NCBI GenBank assembly: GCA_017555205.1
Contig: JAFZGW010000030.1
Span: forward strand, 19,959 to 83,958
From: Akkermansia sp.
Lineage (GTDB): Bacteria; Verrucomicrobiota; Verrucomicrobiia; Verrucomicrobiales; Akkermansiaceae
Direction: 5' to 3'
Length of the DNA stretch: 64,000 nt
Made by a program: the position numbers and the translations under genes
The notes under the pieces: model-generated
The model's database searches: none
What the model was told of the DNA's origin: nothing
The model's input: the letters and a program-made list of their open reading frames with translations, nothing else
In this document: positions 19,096-28,862 of the stretch, piece after piece
How positions within the stretch are numbered: position 1 is the first letter of the stretch
Layout of the letters: each line of letters opens with the position of its first letter

Positions 19096-20562
19096 ATGAA
19101 AACCACCATTTCCGCCACCCTGCTAATTGCAGCAGCGCTGAGTGCCGCCGCACAAGATACACCACCCGGATATCTGGATACAGCCTATGGCCGCAAAGTC
19201 TATACCATGGATGCGCGCCATACAGGCAGTTTGCAATCTGCCATGAGAGCCGATGAACAGCACCCGAAACGTCACCGGGGTATATCCACCCTGGCAGAAA
19301 TTCTCGAGCGCAGTTATCTGACAGCTGAAAAAGAGTTCATCAGCGGTTGGGAGTTCTTCCCCTCCTCACCGCAACACTTTGCGCCGTACCTGGACTCCAT
19401 CTTCGTACCCGGCAATACCTGTGTGCAACCCTGCAATATGATATCGCACGATAGTTTATCCACAGCCGCCCAACACCTCAAAAGCCGCCTATCACGCATC
19501 GGCCTGCAATACGACCTGACGCTGAGCGCAAACTATACAGGCATAGCGCCGACTTCACGAGGCGGACGCAATGACTTTGTGTCGACCAACAATTCATTCT
19601 CCGGTACTTGGTTCCTACTCAAAAAACGTGACAATAGCCAAGGCTTATTCCTGAGCATCGAGGCCGACTGGGGACAGGGACTCAATTTCAACGAGCGCAA
19701 AAGCAGCGCTCAAAATACCATTGGCAGCATAAGCAATCCACAGGGCAGCCTGCGCGGCGGAAACGGCGTGTATATACCACACCTCGCACTGGGCTACAGC
19801 GCCTTTAACGGCAAGTGGGTAGGCATGATTGGCACGATTGACACCTCCAGCTACCTAGACCAGAATATCTACGCCGGCAGCTGGAATGGCAACCTGACCA
19901 ACTCCGCCTTTGGCTCCAACCCCTGCTTACCACTCGAATGGGCCAACTGGGGGTACCTGACAGCTTGGCAACCCTGCAAAAATTTTTATGCCATGTATAC
20001 GACAACCGGGTGCAATGCTGAAATTAACCACTCGCCCTTCCGCTACATCAGCTCCAACGCTTGGGTTCATCTTGCAGAGCTTGGTTTTATAACGGATGAC
20101 TTTCTGGGATTGGGTGAAGGCACCTACCGACTGCAATACACCTTTACACGCTACAAAGGCAAGAGTGGTTACGGCGCTGCCATCAACATTCAACAACAAC
20201 TCGGCCATGGTTCACAACTCGGCTTTTTCTCGCGTTGCGGTGTAATGGATACCGATGCAGCAACCGTGAGCAATGTTCGCGCAGCGGCTACAGCCGGCCT
20301 GGTTTTGCAGGCTCCCTTCAGCAGCAGTGGCTGGGGCAGTGCCGCCAACAACGACCAGATTGCTTTCGGCTTTCTATGGGAGCGCGCCGCACTATCACCT
20401 CACCGCCACAAAGACGAATATGGACTGGAACTCAGCGCAGTTGTGCAACTCACGCCCACTTTCTTCCTGCAGCCTGACATTCAATACATTTTCAACCCGG
20501 TACAGCAGACCGACCGCAGCGGCGAGTTTGTATTTCAGCTTCAGGGCGTATTTAAGTTCTGA
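19096..20562 (+). CDS. OprB-family carbohydrate porin
   Basis: Signal peptide; EYGLELSAVVQLTPTFFLQPDIQYIFNP; terminal Phe (GVFKF). Confidence 0.8.
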   Translation: MKTTISATLLIAAALSAAAQDTPPGYLDTAYGRKVYTMDARHTGSLQSAMRADEQHPKRHRGISTLAEILERSYLTAEKEFISGWEFFPSSPQHFAPYLDSIFVPGNTCVQPCNMISHDSLSTAAQHLKSRLSRIGLQYDLTLSANYTGIAPTSRGGRNDFVSTNNSFSGTWFLLKKRDNSQGLFLSIEADWGQGLNFNERKSSAQNTIGSISNPQGSLRGGNGVYIPHLALGYSAFNGKWVGMIGTIDTSSYLDQNIYAGSWNGNLTNSAFGSNPCLPLEWANWGYLTAWQPCKNFYAMYTTTGCNAEINHSPFRYISSNAWVHLAELGFITDDFLGLGEGTYRLQYTFTRYKGKSGYGAAINIQQQLGHGSQLGFFSRCGVMDTDAATVSNVRAAATAGLVLQAPFSSSGWGSAANNDQIAFGFLWERAALSPHRHKDEYGLELSAVVQLTPTFFLQPDIQYIFNPVQQTDRSGEFVFQLQGVFKF

Positions 20563-20603
20563 GCGACTGATTTCCGAGCATGTTCATATTACACGCATTA
20601 CGC

Positions 20604-20632
20604 TTGACAGTCGGCGCATCGGCAGGCAAAAT
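20604..20632 (+). promoter_or_regulatory. sigma70-type promoter upstream of the O-antigen-ligase-like gene
   Basis: TTGACA-17-CAAAAT. Confidence 0.55.
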
Positions 20633-20749
20633 GTATGGTATGAACATCGTACCGCAAGTGCATAGACTGCACAGCTTTATCCACATGAGCAGCCCCAGGC
20701 TCAGTAGTCAGGGTTTTATATCTCAACTTAAGCTTAACTACTGAAAATC

Positions 20750-22816
20750 ATGGCAAATTCTACCGACACACCAATACGTCGTCTGACCGAAAGCTACCCC
20801 GGTTTTGCCATAGGCATTGCCATGGCAGCCATGTGGATAACCGCCATGTCGGCGGTGGATTCGAACGCCTGCACAGTCACCCCTTTTCTGTGGGGCTTCA
20901 TCGGTATCATCATCGCCACGGTACTTTGCATTTTGCGAGGATACAAGGTAGTACGCCTGCCGCTCACAGCCTGGATTGGTTTGGGGGCGGGGGTGTACTT
21001 CCTTGTGCGTGCCATGCATGGTTTTTCATTGACAGATAACATGACAGACTGTGGGCTGATATTTTTTGCCTTCGTCTATTATATGGCCGGTCTTTACAGC
21101 GGACAAACAAACAGCAGCCGCGGATTAGCTATAACAATAAGTGTGGCACTGATACTCAACTTACTCTGCCTATGGCTGTTGCGCGACCCCAACATAAGCC
21201 TGAAACTGATTGGCCGAGTCGACATCAGTCTGCTCGGTCCGAACACTCGCAACACAACACTGTTTGCATACAAAAACTTTGCCGGCCTGTTCTTAGTGCT
21301 CGGAGGCGGCCTATTGCTCTGGCGCTGTTTATGGCGAGGTAAATACAACATAAGCGCCTTATTGCAAATACTGCTGGCGGTAGGAGCTATTGTCGGTAGC
21401 TGTTTCTGCGACACACGAGTACCCTACGCCACACTTCCTTTAATACTGATAGTAGGCTGGTTGATGTGGTTTATTCTGCGACTGTACTCCGGGCGACCGC
21501 TGGGAATCGTCATGATTAGCATCGGCATGCTGCTACTGGTAACTATACTCATCGCGCTCTACGACCTTTTCTTCGGCTACACCTTGATGCAATACGTCAC
21601 CGATATCGAATCTCACGATCGATTCTCCATGTGGGAATGGATCAACTCCATCGCGCAACAGGCGCCGCTATACGGTTACGGTCCAGCCGGAAGTACTTGG
21701 CAATCTATCACTTCTTGCAACCATTACACCCTAGTCAACTACGCGCACAATGAATATATACAAGTTTGGGCTGACTATGGTCTTATCGGGCTGGGGCTTA
21801 TGCTCCTCATCCTCATTCTGCACATAATCGCTGCGTTTCGAGGACTGGCCGAGGAGTCAACATCTCCGGAAAGACGCGTGCGCATATCCATGGCACTGCT
21901 GTGTCTACTTACATTGAGCTTGGCCGCCATAGTGGACTACGAGTGGCACAGCGCAGCCCTACTCTCCATGGGAGCATTTGCCTGCGGTACACTGGCCTCC
22001 CCCTTCCCGCATAAGCCCCTTATGCTGTTCAGCCGCCGGAAACACTACGGCACCATACCAACCACACAAGTTCGAGCCGAGAGCAACTTCGGCAAAGTCT
22101 TCATTTGCGCAGGCGGACTGGCTCTTGCGGCATTCATGGGCAAACTCAGCTCTGAACTTTACCAACCTTGGCTTGCACAATGGCACTACGATGCTATGGT
22201 GGCACAGGGAGCAGACACTCAGCAACGCCGCGACTACCTGCTGCAAATCATCAAAATATACCCACACCATCGCATTGCCGATCACTACATTAACCTTGCA
22301 CCCACCACTCACCCGGACTGGAAAGCCTACGAACAGGGACTGCGCACCATCTTAAGCGCTAACCCCAAACAGCTCATCGTCGCCTGCATGATTGCTCAAA
22401 CGCTCACCAGACAAGCCCGCTACCAAGATGCTGAAATCGCCTTCCGAACTTACTACCCAGGCGATGGTCCCGACAACTCACGCCTTAACCCATGGGCTAC
22501 CTTCTACTCAACCAACCTGCTTTTCTGGGGGCAGTCTGAACTCGACAAAGGCAACCTTGGGCGCGCTTTTTCCCTATTATCTTACGTCAACCAAATTGCC
22601 AAAAAAAGCGGTTATAATCCACTTGTTGTGAAAAACTCCAGCCTCAGACTCTGGACCCGTGCTACACCGCACCAAGATAAATTCCACCAAAATTGCAGAA
22701 AAAATCTCGGGCTTCTGAAGAGCATTAACCCGACTCCTGACCACTCGTGGAAAAATCCGCTCACCCCGGAAGGGAAACCCGCGCTCTACAGCCGCTACAG
22801 TCAAACGCCTAAATAA
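20750..22816 (+). CDS. O-antigen ligase / O-oligosaccharyltransferase-like (Wzy_C) membrane protein with a TPR-like tail
   Basis: About 12 hydrophobic segments; R..MW....PLYGYG; AHNEYIQVWADYGLIG; helical C-terminus. Confidence 0.8.
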   Translation: MANSTDTPIRRLTESYPGFAIGIAMAAMWITAMSAVDSNACTVTPFLWGFIGIIIATVLCILRGYKVVRLPLTAWIGLGAGVYFLVRAMHGFSLTDNMTDCGLIFFAFVYYMAGLYSGQTNSSRGLAITISVALILNLLCLWLLRDPNISLKLIGRVDISLLGPNTRNTTLFAYKNFAGLFLVLGGGLLLWRCLWRGKYNISALLQILLAVGAIVGSCFCDTRVPYATLPLILIVGWLMWFILRLYSGRPLGIVMISIGMLLLVTILIALYDLFFGYTLMQYVTDIESHDRFSMWEWINSIAQQAPLYGYGPAGSTWQSITSCNHYTLVNYAHNEYIQVWADYGLIGLGLMLLILILHIIAAFRGLAEESTSPERRVRISMALLCLLTLSLAAIVDYEWHSAALLSMGAFACGTLASPFPHKPLMLFSRRKHYGTIPTTQVRAESNFGKVFICAGGLALAAFMGKLSSELYQPWLAQWHYDAMVAQGADTQQRRDYLLQIIKIYPHHRIADHYINLAPTTHPDWKAYEQGLRTILSANPKQLIVACMIAQTLTRQARYQDAEIAFRTYYPGDGPDNSRLNPWATFYSTNLLFWGQSELDKGNLGRAFSLLSYVNQIAKKSGYNPLVVKNSSLRLWTRATPHQDKFHQNCRKNLGLLKSINPTPDHSWKNPLTPEGKPALYSRYSQTPK

Positions 22817-22959
22817 CTGCATTTGCCACAATTTCTTCACCCGTTCTTACAGAAATCACAAAAAAATATCACCTGATTGCTTTTTCCGCTTGCAATAATA
22901 AAAAAAAAGTGCAATATAAAAGAAGACCGCATTGCGGTTACAGACTTTTACTGACTGAT

Positions 22960-23880
22960 ATGAGCACACCTCCTCCGCCCCCTTCAACTGTTCGACCGGT
23001 ACCGCCTGCGGCACCGGTGCCGCCCACTGCGCCCCGTCCGGTAGCCCCTGTACCTCCGCGCCCTGTTGCACCTACCGCTCCCACGGCTCCCGGTGCTCCC
23101 GTACCTCCCCGGACTGTTGCACCTACCGCTCCCACGGCTCCCGGTGCCCCTGTACCTCCGCGCCCTGTTGCACCTACAGCTCCCACGGCTCCCGGTGCCC
23201 CTGTACCTCCGCGCCCTGTTGCACCTACAGCCCCCACGGCTCCCGGCGCCCCCGTACCTCCGCGCCCTGTTGCACCTACAGCCCCCACGGCTCCCGGCGC
23301 CCCCGTACCCCCGCGCCCTGTTGCACCTACAGCCCCCACGGCTCCCGGTGCTCCCGTACCCCCGCGCCCGGCCGCTACTATTCCGCTTAGTGCGCCTGTA
23401 GCCCCGACTCGCCCCGGAGCACCTGCAGCTCCGGCCACACCTACTGCTCCTGCAGCTCCTGCGGCTCCGGCTGCAGCGGAGGGCAAACCGGCAACCAAAC
23501 CCAGTAAGAGCTTACCTTCCGCCACTGCTCCCATCGGCAAACCGGCAAGTTTCACCAAACCCACCGGCTTCAGCAAGCCCGGCAGCTTCAACAAGAAGAC
23601 CGAGCAAGCCGAAGAGGACGAGGAACCCAAGAAGGACAGCCCGATTATCATCGTCTTGGCTATTCTTTCCCTCATCGTTATGGGCTTGGTCTGCTTCAAA
23701 CAGTACCAGACTGACCAGTTGCCCGGCCGCGTAACTGACGCAGAGCGCGTATTCGGTTCTCCCTCAGCAGCAAGCGATGACGCCGAGTACAGCAGCGACA
23801 GCTCCAACGACGAGGAAGAAACTTCGGAAGAAAGCTCCAATTCCGGCAGCGAGGATGAATACGCTGACGAAGAAGAGTAA
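22960..23880 (+). CDS. Pro/Ala/Thr-rich repeat protein, one TM helix, Ser/acidic tail
   Basis: [17 protein letters not shown] repeats; [20 protein letters not shown]; tail [24 protein letters not shown]. Confidence 0.8.
   Translation: MSTPPPPPSTVRPVPPAAPVPPTAPRPVAPVPPRPVAPTAPTAPGAPVPPRTVAPTAPTAPGAPVPPRPVAPTAPTAPGAPVPPRPVAPTAPTAPGAPVPPRPVAPTAPTAPGAPVPPRPVAPTAPTAPGAPVPPRPAATIPLSAPVAPTRPGAPAAPATPTAPAAPAAPAAAEGKPATKPSKSLPSATAPIGKPASFTKPTGFSKPGSFNKKTEQAEEDEEPKKDSPIIIVLAILSLIVMGLVCFKQYQTDQLPGRVTDAERVFGSPSAASDDAEYSSDSSNDEEETSEESSNSGSEDEYADEEE
23047..23370 (+). repeat. Coding tandem repeat, 51-bp unit, 6 copies plus a partial
   Basis: Units at 23047, 23098, 23149, 23200, 23251, 23302 and partial 23353; differences are mostly synonymous. 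Confidence 0.92.
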
Positions 23881-23925
23881 TTTTTCTCTGAACGAAACTT
23901 GCCACAAATACATCAAACAAAAACT

Positions 23926-24243
23926 ATGGCATTACAGATTACAGAAAGCAATTTCGAAGCAGAGGTCATCAATTCTCCCGTACCGGTATTGATTGACTTC
24001 TGGGCAACATGGTGTGGCCCCTGCCGCATGATTTCACCGATTGTGGATCAGGTAGCAACGGAAATGGCCGGCGTTGCCAAGGTAGGCAAGATAAATGTAG
24101 ACGAAGCCGGAGAGCTCGCCATTCGTTACGGTGTGCGAAACATCCCCACCCTCATCTTCATTAAAAACGGCACTGAGGTGGATCGCATTACCGGCGCTAC
24201 GTCAAAAGACAACATCATAGCCAAGCTTAAAGCTTGCCTGTAA
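23926..24243 (+). CDS. trxA: Thioredoxin
   Basis: VLIDFWATWCGPCRMISP; IPTL. Confidence 0.96.
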   Translation: MALQITESNFEAEVINSPVPVLIDFWATWCGPCRMISPIVDQVATEMAGVAKVGKINVDEAGELAIRYGVRNIPTLIFIKNGTEVDRITGATSKDNIIAKLKACL

Positions 24244-24274
24244 CAGGGTAAACTTGTTGACAAATACTTCCAAT

Positions 24275-24305
24275 GGGCAAATCCTACAGGGATTTGCCCG
24301 TTTTT
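24275..24305 (+). terminator. Intrinsic terminator after trxA
   Basis: GGGCAAATCC-TACAG-GGATTTGCCC then T run. Confidence 0.85.
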
Positions 24306-24341
24306 CTTTTCGTTAACATACCGCTAAAGGTCAAATATATA

Positions 24342-24370
24342 TTGACATCAGCCACACCAAAGTTTACAAT
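24342..24370 (+). promoter_or_regulatory. Near-consensus sigma70 promoter for the PIN-PIN-ankyrin gene
   Basis: TTGACA-17-TACAAT. Confidence 0.75.
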
Positions 24371-24464
24371 AAAGGCGAACAAACGAGGAGGAATTGCGTC
24401 TTATATAAAAAGCAATCAATATTTTTTCGTTTTATTCCATTATCAACAGCACGCCGAAAGCACC

Positions 24465-26102
24465 ATGTTTTTTTCAGAATACGTGAAAGATTCATCATCT
24501 GCGCACAATCACCATCTCCTATCAGCCTACGATGTCATCTACGTTGACGCATGTACATGGATGTCTCCGGAGATGGGGAGCTTTCTGCAACAAGCTGCCC
24601 CGCATATCCTAAGCAGCGGCCACAAACTATCAATAACTGCGAGTGTCCTCAACGAACTGCGAAACTGCGCACCGCTGAAATTAGCCGCCCAAAAAGCCCT
24701 GGAGCTCTACGAACAATACCAGGATTACATCAATACAGAACCGGGAGAAGCAGCAGAAGGAACCGCCGACGGGGAGTTTGTTCGCAACTTCTTCTACAAC
24801 CACAACAAACGTCGCCAACTGCTTATCACCCACGACCAACAACTCGCAGCCGACATAGCGAACTTCTGCCCTACCCCAGAAAACACGCCCCTACCCTCCA
24901 CAGCAGTCATGACCCTGTGGAACGACGGCGACCTCATCAGCTTTTCTCTCATGCAGCAGCGCAAGGATATCCAAGCGCGCACAAGGTTGGAAGAGATGAC
25001 AGAAGCAAGCCCCATTTACTTGGACAGCACAGCGCTGGCAAACGTCAACCTACCCGCCTTTTTGATGCACCTGAAAGCCCCCTTGCTGGCTCAGGGTAAG
25101 AAAGTCAAGATAATCACCAATTCACTCTCAACGGAAATCAGGCGCATAATAGCCCCCTTGCTGCATGAGTACGGCAGATTGATAGAGATACTCATGACAG
25201 ACCCCAGCCTTAGCGAGACCAACGCTCTGCTGGGTGAGCTCTACCTGAAGCAAGAAAACATGGGTAACAATCGTCTGATATTAGTGACAGACGATGTACA
25301 GAGAGCCAATGAACTGCGAAGCCGGCGCCCCAAGTGCGACCGCTTCCCCTACATTGACTTCATGACCATCAACAAATACGCCTACCTGAGCTACCTCAAG
25401 CTATCTGAGCCGCTTCCCGGAGGCATAGCCCAGACATATGCCCAGCAGCCGGCGACATCGTTCGTTGCGATGAACGCGGTACCGCAAATAGCACCGCGCC
25501 ACCCCTACTGCAGCAATCCAATACGGCAAGCAGTACATGAGCAAACAATGCCGCGCACCCAGCTTTCACATTATGCACGCCCTGCGCTCAGGGAGCGTAA
25601 ACCGGCAGCATACGTCCCCCAGCTCATCGGCGCCATCAAAAGTGAAGATATCCCGGCTATGTGCAACTACATAGCCAAGGGAGCCAGCCTGCGCAATGGT
25701 ATCATCACCGCCCTTTGCCAGAATAAAGACAAGTGCCTGCAAGTCCTTATTCAACAAGCCGGTGACAACATAGAGCCCGACTGCTTCTCATGGTGGGTTA
25801 CCTCGTTTTACTCATTCACCGATCCTGAGTACCTGGCACAAAATCCGGCACATTTTGAGCTACTCAAGATGCTCATCAGCAAATCTGCCCCTCTGACAAC
25901 CCAGCGAGAGAGCATGGAAATTCTGGCTGAGCGGGTAAGTACAACGAGCACCGCGCAGGAGCAACTTTGGCAACTCATACGTGAGGCTCTGGCTAAGGGT
26001 GCCCCCGCCAACGTGCGCTCCGCCTCCACTCAAGAAACGCTGCTGCAAATAGCCATAAGACACAAAAACATCACCATGGTGAATTACCTGCAAACGCTGT
26101 AA
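24465..26102 (+). CDS. Protein with two PIN-like domains and C-terminal ankyrin-like repeats
   Basis: PIN1: IYVDAC / VLNEL / ADGEF / LITHDQQL. PIN2: IYLDST / STEI / LVTDD. Tail: IAKGASL...LAKGAPAN...ETLLQIAIRHKNITMVNYL. Confidence 0.65.
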   Translation: MFFSEYVKDSSSAHNHHLLSAYDVIYVDACTWMSPEMGSFLQQAAPHILSSGHKLSITASVLNELRNCAPLKLAAQKALELYEQYQDYINTEPGEAAEGTADGEFVRNFFYNHNKRRQLLITHDQQLAADIANFCPTPENTPLPSTAVMTLWNDGDLISFSLMQQRKDIQARTRLEEMTEASPIYLDSTALANVNLPAFLMHLKAPLLAQGKKVKIITNSLSTEIRRIIAPLLHEYGRLIEILMTDPSLSETNALLGELYLKQENMGNNRLILVTDDVQRANELRSRRPKCDRFPYIDFMTINKYAYLSYLKLSEPLPGGIAQTYAQQPATSFVAMNAVPQIAPRHPYCSNPIRQAVHEQTMPRTQLSHYARPALRERKPAAYVPQLIGAIKSEDIPAMCNYIAKGASLRNGIITALCQNKDKCLQVLIQQAGDNIEPDCFSWWVTSFYSFTDPEYLAQNPAHFELLKMLISKSAPLTTQRESMEILAERVSTTSTAQEQLWQLIREALAKGAPANVRSASTQETLLQIAIRHKNITMVNYLQTL

Positions 26103-26124
26103 GTGCAAAACTCTTACAAAAACA

Positions 26125-26163
26125 CAGCCCCGCTCCTTTCACTAGGAAGCGGGGCTGCATTTT
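26125..26163. terminator. Likely bidirectional terminator between convergent genes
   Basis: CAGCCCCGCT...AGCGGGGCTG flanked by A and T runs. Confidence 0.75.
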
Positions 26164-26176
26164 ATGTAGATTGCTC

Positions 26177-27349
26177 TTACTTTCTTCTCAATGGGGCGGA
26201 TTGTTTATCACTTGTCAGCCACTTTATGCTGAATGTGGTAAAGCGAATCTTGCCGTCACTTTCGTACAAAATACCAACCACTCCGGGCTTAACACGAGTA
26301 AGCACAGAATAGGCAAAAGAACCGGGACCGAGAGCCTTTTCAACCGGCCAGGTCTTGCCGTCATCATAGCTCATCTTTACAATTCCGTTCGTACGATTGC
26401 GCGACGATGGCGAAGAGAAAAGCAACCTGCTCTTACCACCTTTGCTGTCGGCCTTGGCAAATGAATAACGCAACAAGCCATTCTGACAATTCGGGCTCGG
26501 CAGCGCCGTATGCGGCACAACCTCACCCCAGCTCTCGCCACCATCGGCAGAATAAGCTACACGGCGAGCGGACTCCGACGGCGGCCACGCGCGAGATACG
26601 ATAATAAGCCCGCCTTCTTCCGTCTCGGCCATTGAAACCTCATTTACACCGCAACCGGAGGCAGAGGGTTTACCAAGCTGCCATGTCTTGCCGCCATCAT
26701 CAGAATATGCCGCAATGATATGCCAGTTGTTAAAGCTACCTTCATTGAACGGAATGACGATTCGCCCCTTGTGCGGTCCACGCGAAAGCATCACCCCGGG
26801 ATTGGGGCCACTACAGGTGAGCTTGGCCTGAGCGGATTTTGTAGTTGCAGTTACATCGCGAGGCTCAGTCCACTTCTTACCATTTTTGGAAAAGCAAACG
26901 AAATTACGAATGCACTTTCCTTTGGCATCACCGGGCACCAAATCACCGTCGCGTTCCTTAGCGCCCTCAGGGAAGCGCTGAAAGAAGAGCACAAGCTGTT
27001 TGTTTTTCCAATCATACACCAGGCAGGGATTGTTAAACGTAGCCCCATTCGACTTCGCAGCCACTACCGGTGCAGACCACTTTTTACCGCCATCGGAGCT
27101 CATGGAGACGATAAGATCATTCTGCCCTTGATCCGTATCCTTGTAGCGTCCCTCAGCAATTGCAACAAGACTGTTACCGGCCTTTACCACATCCGGTATG
27201 CGTATACTCACATACGGATTCCCCTTTCCCGGCACGAAGACATCCACCGCACGCTCCGTCGGCAACTCCTCTGCCGCAAACACCGCGGCGGCCATGGATA
27301 CCATGACCGCCGGGAGCAGCAGAAGTTTTTTCAGAAACATCTGCATCAT
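26177..27349 (-). CDS. Exo-alpha-sialidase (GH33), secreted
   Basis: Signal peptide; RIP motif (SIRIP); Asp-boxes SSDGGKKW, SDDGGKTW, SADGGESW, SYDDGKTW; catalytic Tyr in FAYS. Confidence 0.9.
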   Translation of the reverse strand: MMQMFLKKLLLLPAVMVSMAAAVFAAEELPTERAVDVFVPGKGNPYVSIRIPDVVKAGNSLVAIAEGRYKDTDQGQNDLIVSMSSDGGKKWSAPVVAAKSNGATFNNPCLVYDWKNKQLVLFFQRFPEGAKERDGDLVPGDAKGKCIRNFVCFSKNGKKWTEPRDVTATTKSAQAKLTCSGPNPGVMLSRGPHKGRIVIPFNEGSFNNWHIIAAYSDDGGKTWQLGKPSASGCGVNEVSMAETEEGGLIIVSRAWPPSESARRVAYSADGGESWGEVVPHTALPSPNCQNGLLRYSFAKADSKGGKSRLLFSSPSSRNRTNGIVKMSYDDGKTWPVEKALGPGSFAYSVLTRVKPGVVGILYESDGKIRFTTFSIKWLTSDKQSAPLRRK

Positions 27350-27365
27350 TTTGATAGGTTGAAAA

Positions 27366-28856
27366 TCAGGCCTGCTTCTTGCGAGGCAGGAAGAAGAATA
27401 TAAGACCGCAAACCACCATCAGAGCACCGGCCACACTAAGCGGAATACCCAGAGCAATGTTGGCGTCCTTCAGGTAACCGCCCAGCCAGCTAATGAGAGC
27501 ACCGGCGCCTACCGAGGTAAGGTTGAGCAGACCGTAACCGGTAGCAGAGAAACGCTCATCAATCTGGGAGCGCAGCACCGGCATGAGGGTAGCATCGAGC
27601 GACCCCTGAGCCACACCCTGCATAGCCACCAGACCAAGGGTAGCAGCCAAGCTGAACTCTATGGGCAGCCCCAGAGCAGGCAACATAGCAATCACCACGC
27701 AGGGACCGGCCAAGCAGAAACCAATACCGGGCACGAAAGCACGGGCATTCGGGTTGTTGGTGCGGGCATACCACATATCTGCAATCACAGCAGCAATAAG
27801 CACTGCACCATACTTGGCAAAGTTAATCCAGCTGGTAGCCTGAGGACCGGCCTCAGCCTCGGGGATATTGAACATATCAATGAGCAGACGGGGGTACCAC
27901 CCCATCAGGAACCAGTTAGCAAAGCCGGCAATGGCATAAGCCACCAACAGCATGGGGAATGCACGGCCACTGAAGAGGTTACGCAGCACGTCCATAATGG
28001 TGAAATCGCTACCGGCAGCAGCCAGTTTCTCTTTACCTTCAGCAGCAGCAGCCTCGGCAGCAAGCTCCTCGGGGGTTGCACCTTCGGGATCACGAAGGAA
28101 GAAGATAACGATGAGAGCGTACGCCACGCCGATGAAACCGAAGGTCTCGAAGGTCAGGCGCCAGCCCAGCTGGCAGGGGTCACCGGCCATCATAGCACCG
28201 CAGCCGGCAAGTACCTGACCGGCATAAATACCGCTCATGTGAATACCGGTAGCCATCGAGCGGGTCTTACCACGGTGATAGTCAGAAATAAGTGCCAGAG
28301 CAGCGGGGATGTAGAATGCCTCGCTCACGCCCATAAGTGCACGCCAGAAGATAAGTTCCTCGTACGAGCCGGCCTTACCGGTCATGTAAGTCACAGCGGA
28401 CCACACCACCAAAGAGCAAAGGATGATAAACTTGCGGCTGAAACGGTCAGCCAGGAAACCACCCACCGGGCTCAATGCTGCGTACACAATAAGGAAGGCC
28501 GATGTCACCATACCGAAATCAGCCTGCGACATATGAATGCCATCAGCACCCTCAGTAATGGACTGGTTAAGCACGGCCAGAAGCTGGCGGTCGAAGTAGT
28601 TAAGCATCACCACGACCCACAGCACGGCCACGCAAGCCCACGCCCATTTACCGGCACCACCGGCAGGAGGTGTCTTTGAAACGGGTTTGTTCTTAAAGCC
28701 ATTTTTCAGCCCCAGAACTATGGCTGCGGCTGCAATTGCCACAGCACCCCACAAGGTTACCCCCACGGCCTCGGAACAGGCACGCAGAGAATCGACAAGC
28801 CAAGTAGCACAGGCCTGCCAAGCCTCTACGTACCACGGTACTATTGTTTCGTTCAT
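27366..28856 (-). CDS. MFS transporter, probable sialic acid/sugar-acid permease
   Basis: LNYFDRQ, GGFLADRFSRK, RALMGVSEAFYIPAALALISDYH, ATGIHMSGIYAG; lies in the sialidase operon. Confidence 0.82.
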   Translation of the reverse strand: MNETIVPWYVEAWQACATWLVDSLRACSEAVGVTLWGAVAIAAAAIVLGLKNGFKNKPVSKTPPAGGAGKWAWACVAVLWVVVMLNYFDRQLLAVLNQSITEGADGIHMSQADFGMVTSAFLIVYAALSPVGGFLADRFSRKFIILCSLVVWSAVTYMTGKAGSYEELIFWRALMGVSEAFYIPAALALISDYHRGKTRSMATGIHMSGIYAGQVLAGCGAMMAGDPCQLGWRLTFETFGFIGVAYALIVIFFLRDPEGATPEELAAEAAAAEGKEKLAAAGSDFTIMDVLRNLFSGRAFPMLLVAYAIAGFANWFLMGWYPRLLIDMFNIPEAEAGPQATSWINFAKYGAVLIAAVIADMWYARTNNPNARAFVPGIGFCLAGPCVVIAMLPALGLPIEFSLAATLGLVAMQGVAQGSLDATLMPVLRSQIDERFSATGYGLLNLTSVGAGALISWLGGYLKDANIALGIPLSVAGALMVVCGLIFFFLPRKKQA

Positions 28857-28862
28857 ATTATG

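Noticed and set aside
23047-23370. Regular direct repeats as a possible CRISPR array
   Set aside because: Units are contiguous with no unique spacers, in frame within a CDS, and there are no cas genes.
24385-24408. Strong SD-like GAGGAGG followed by TTG CGT CTT ATA TAA in the PIN-gene leader
   Set aside because: SD-to-start spacing is only 2 nt and the ORF has 4 codons; too weak to call.
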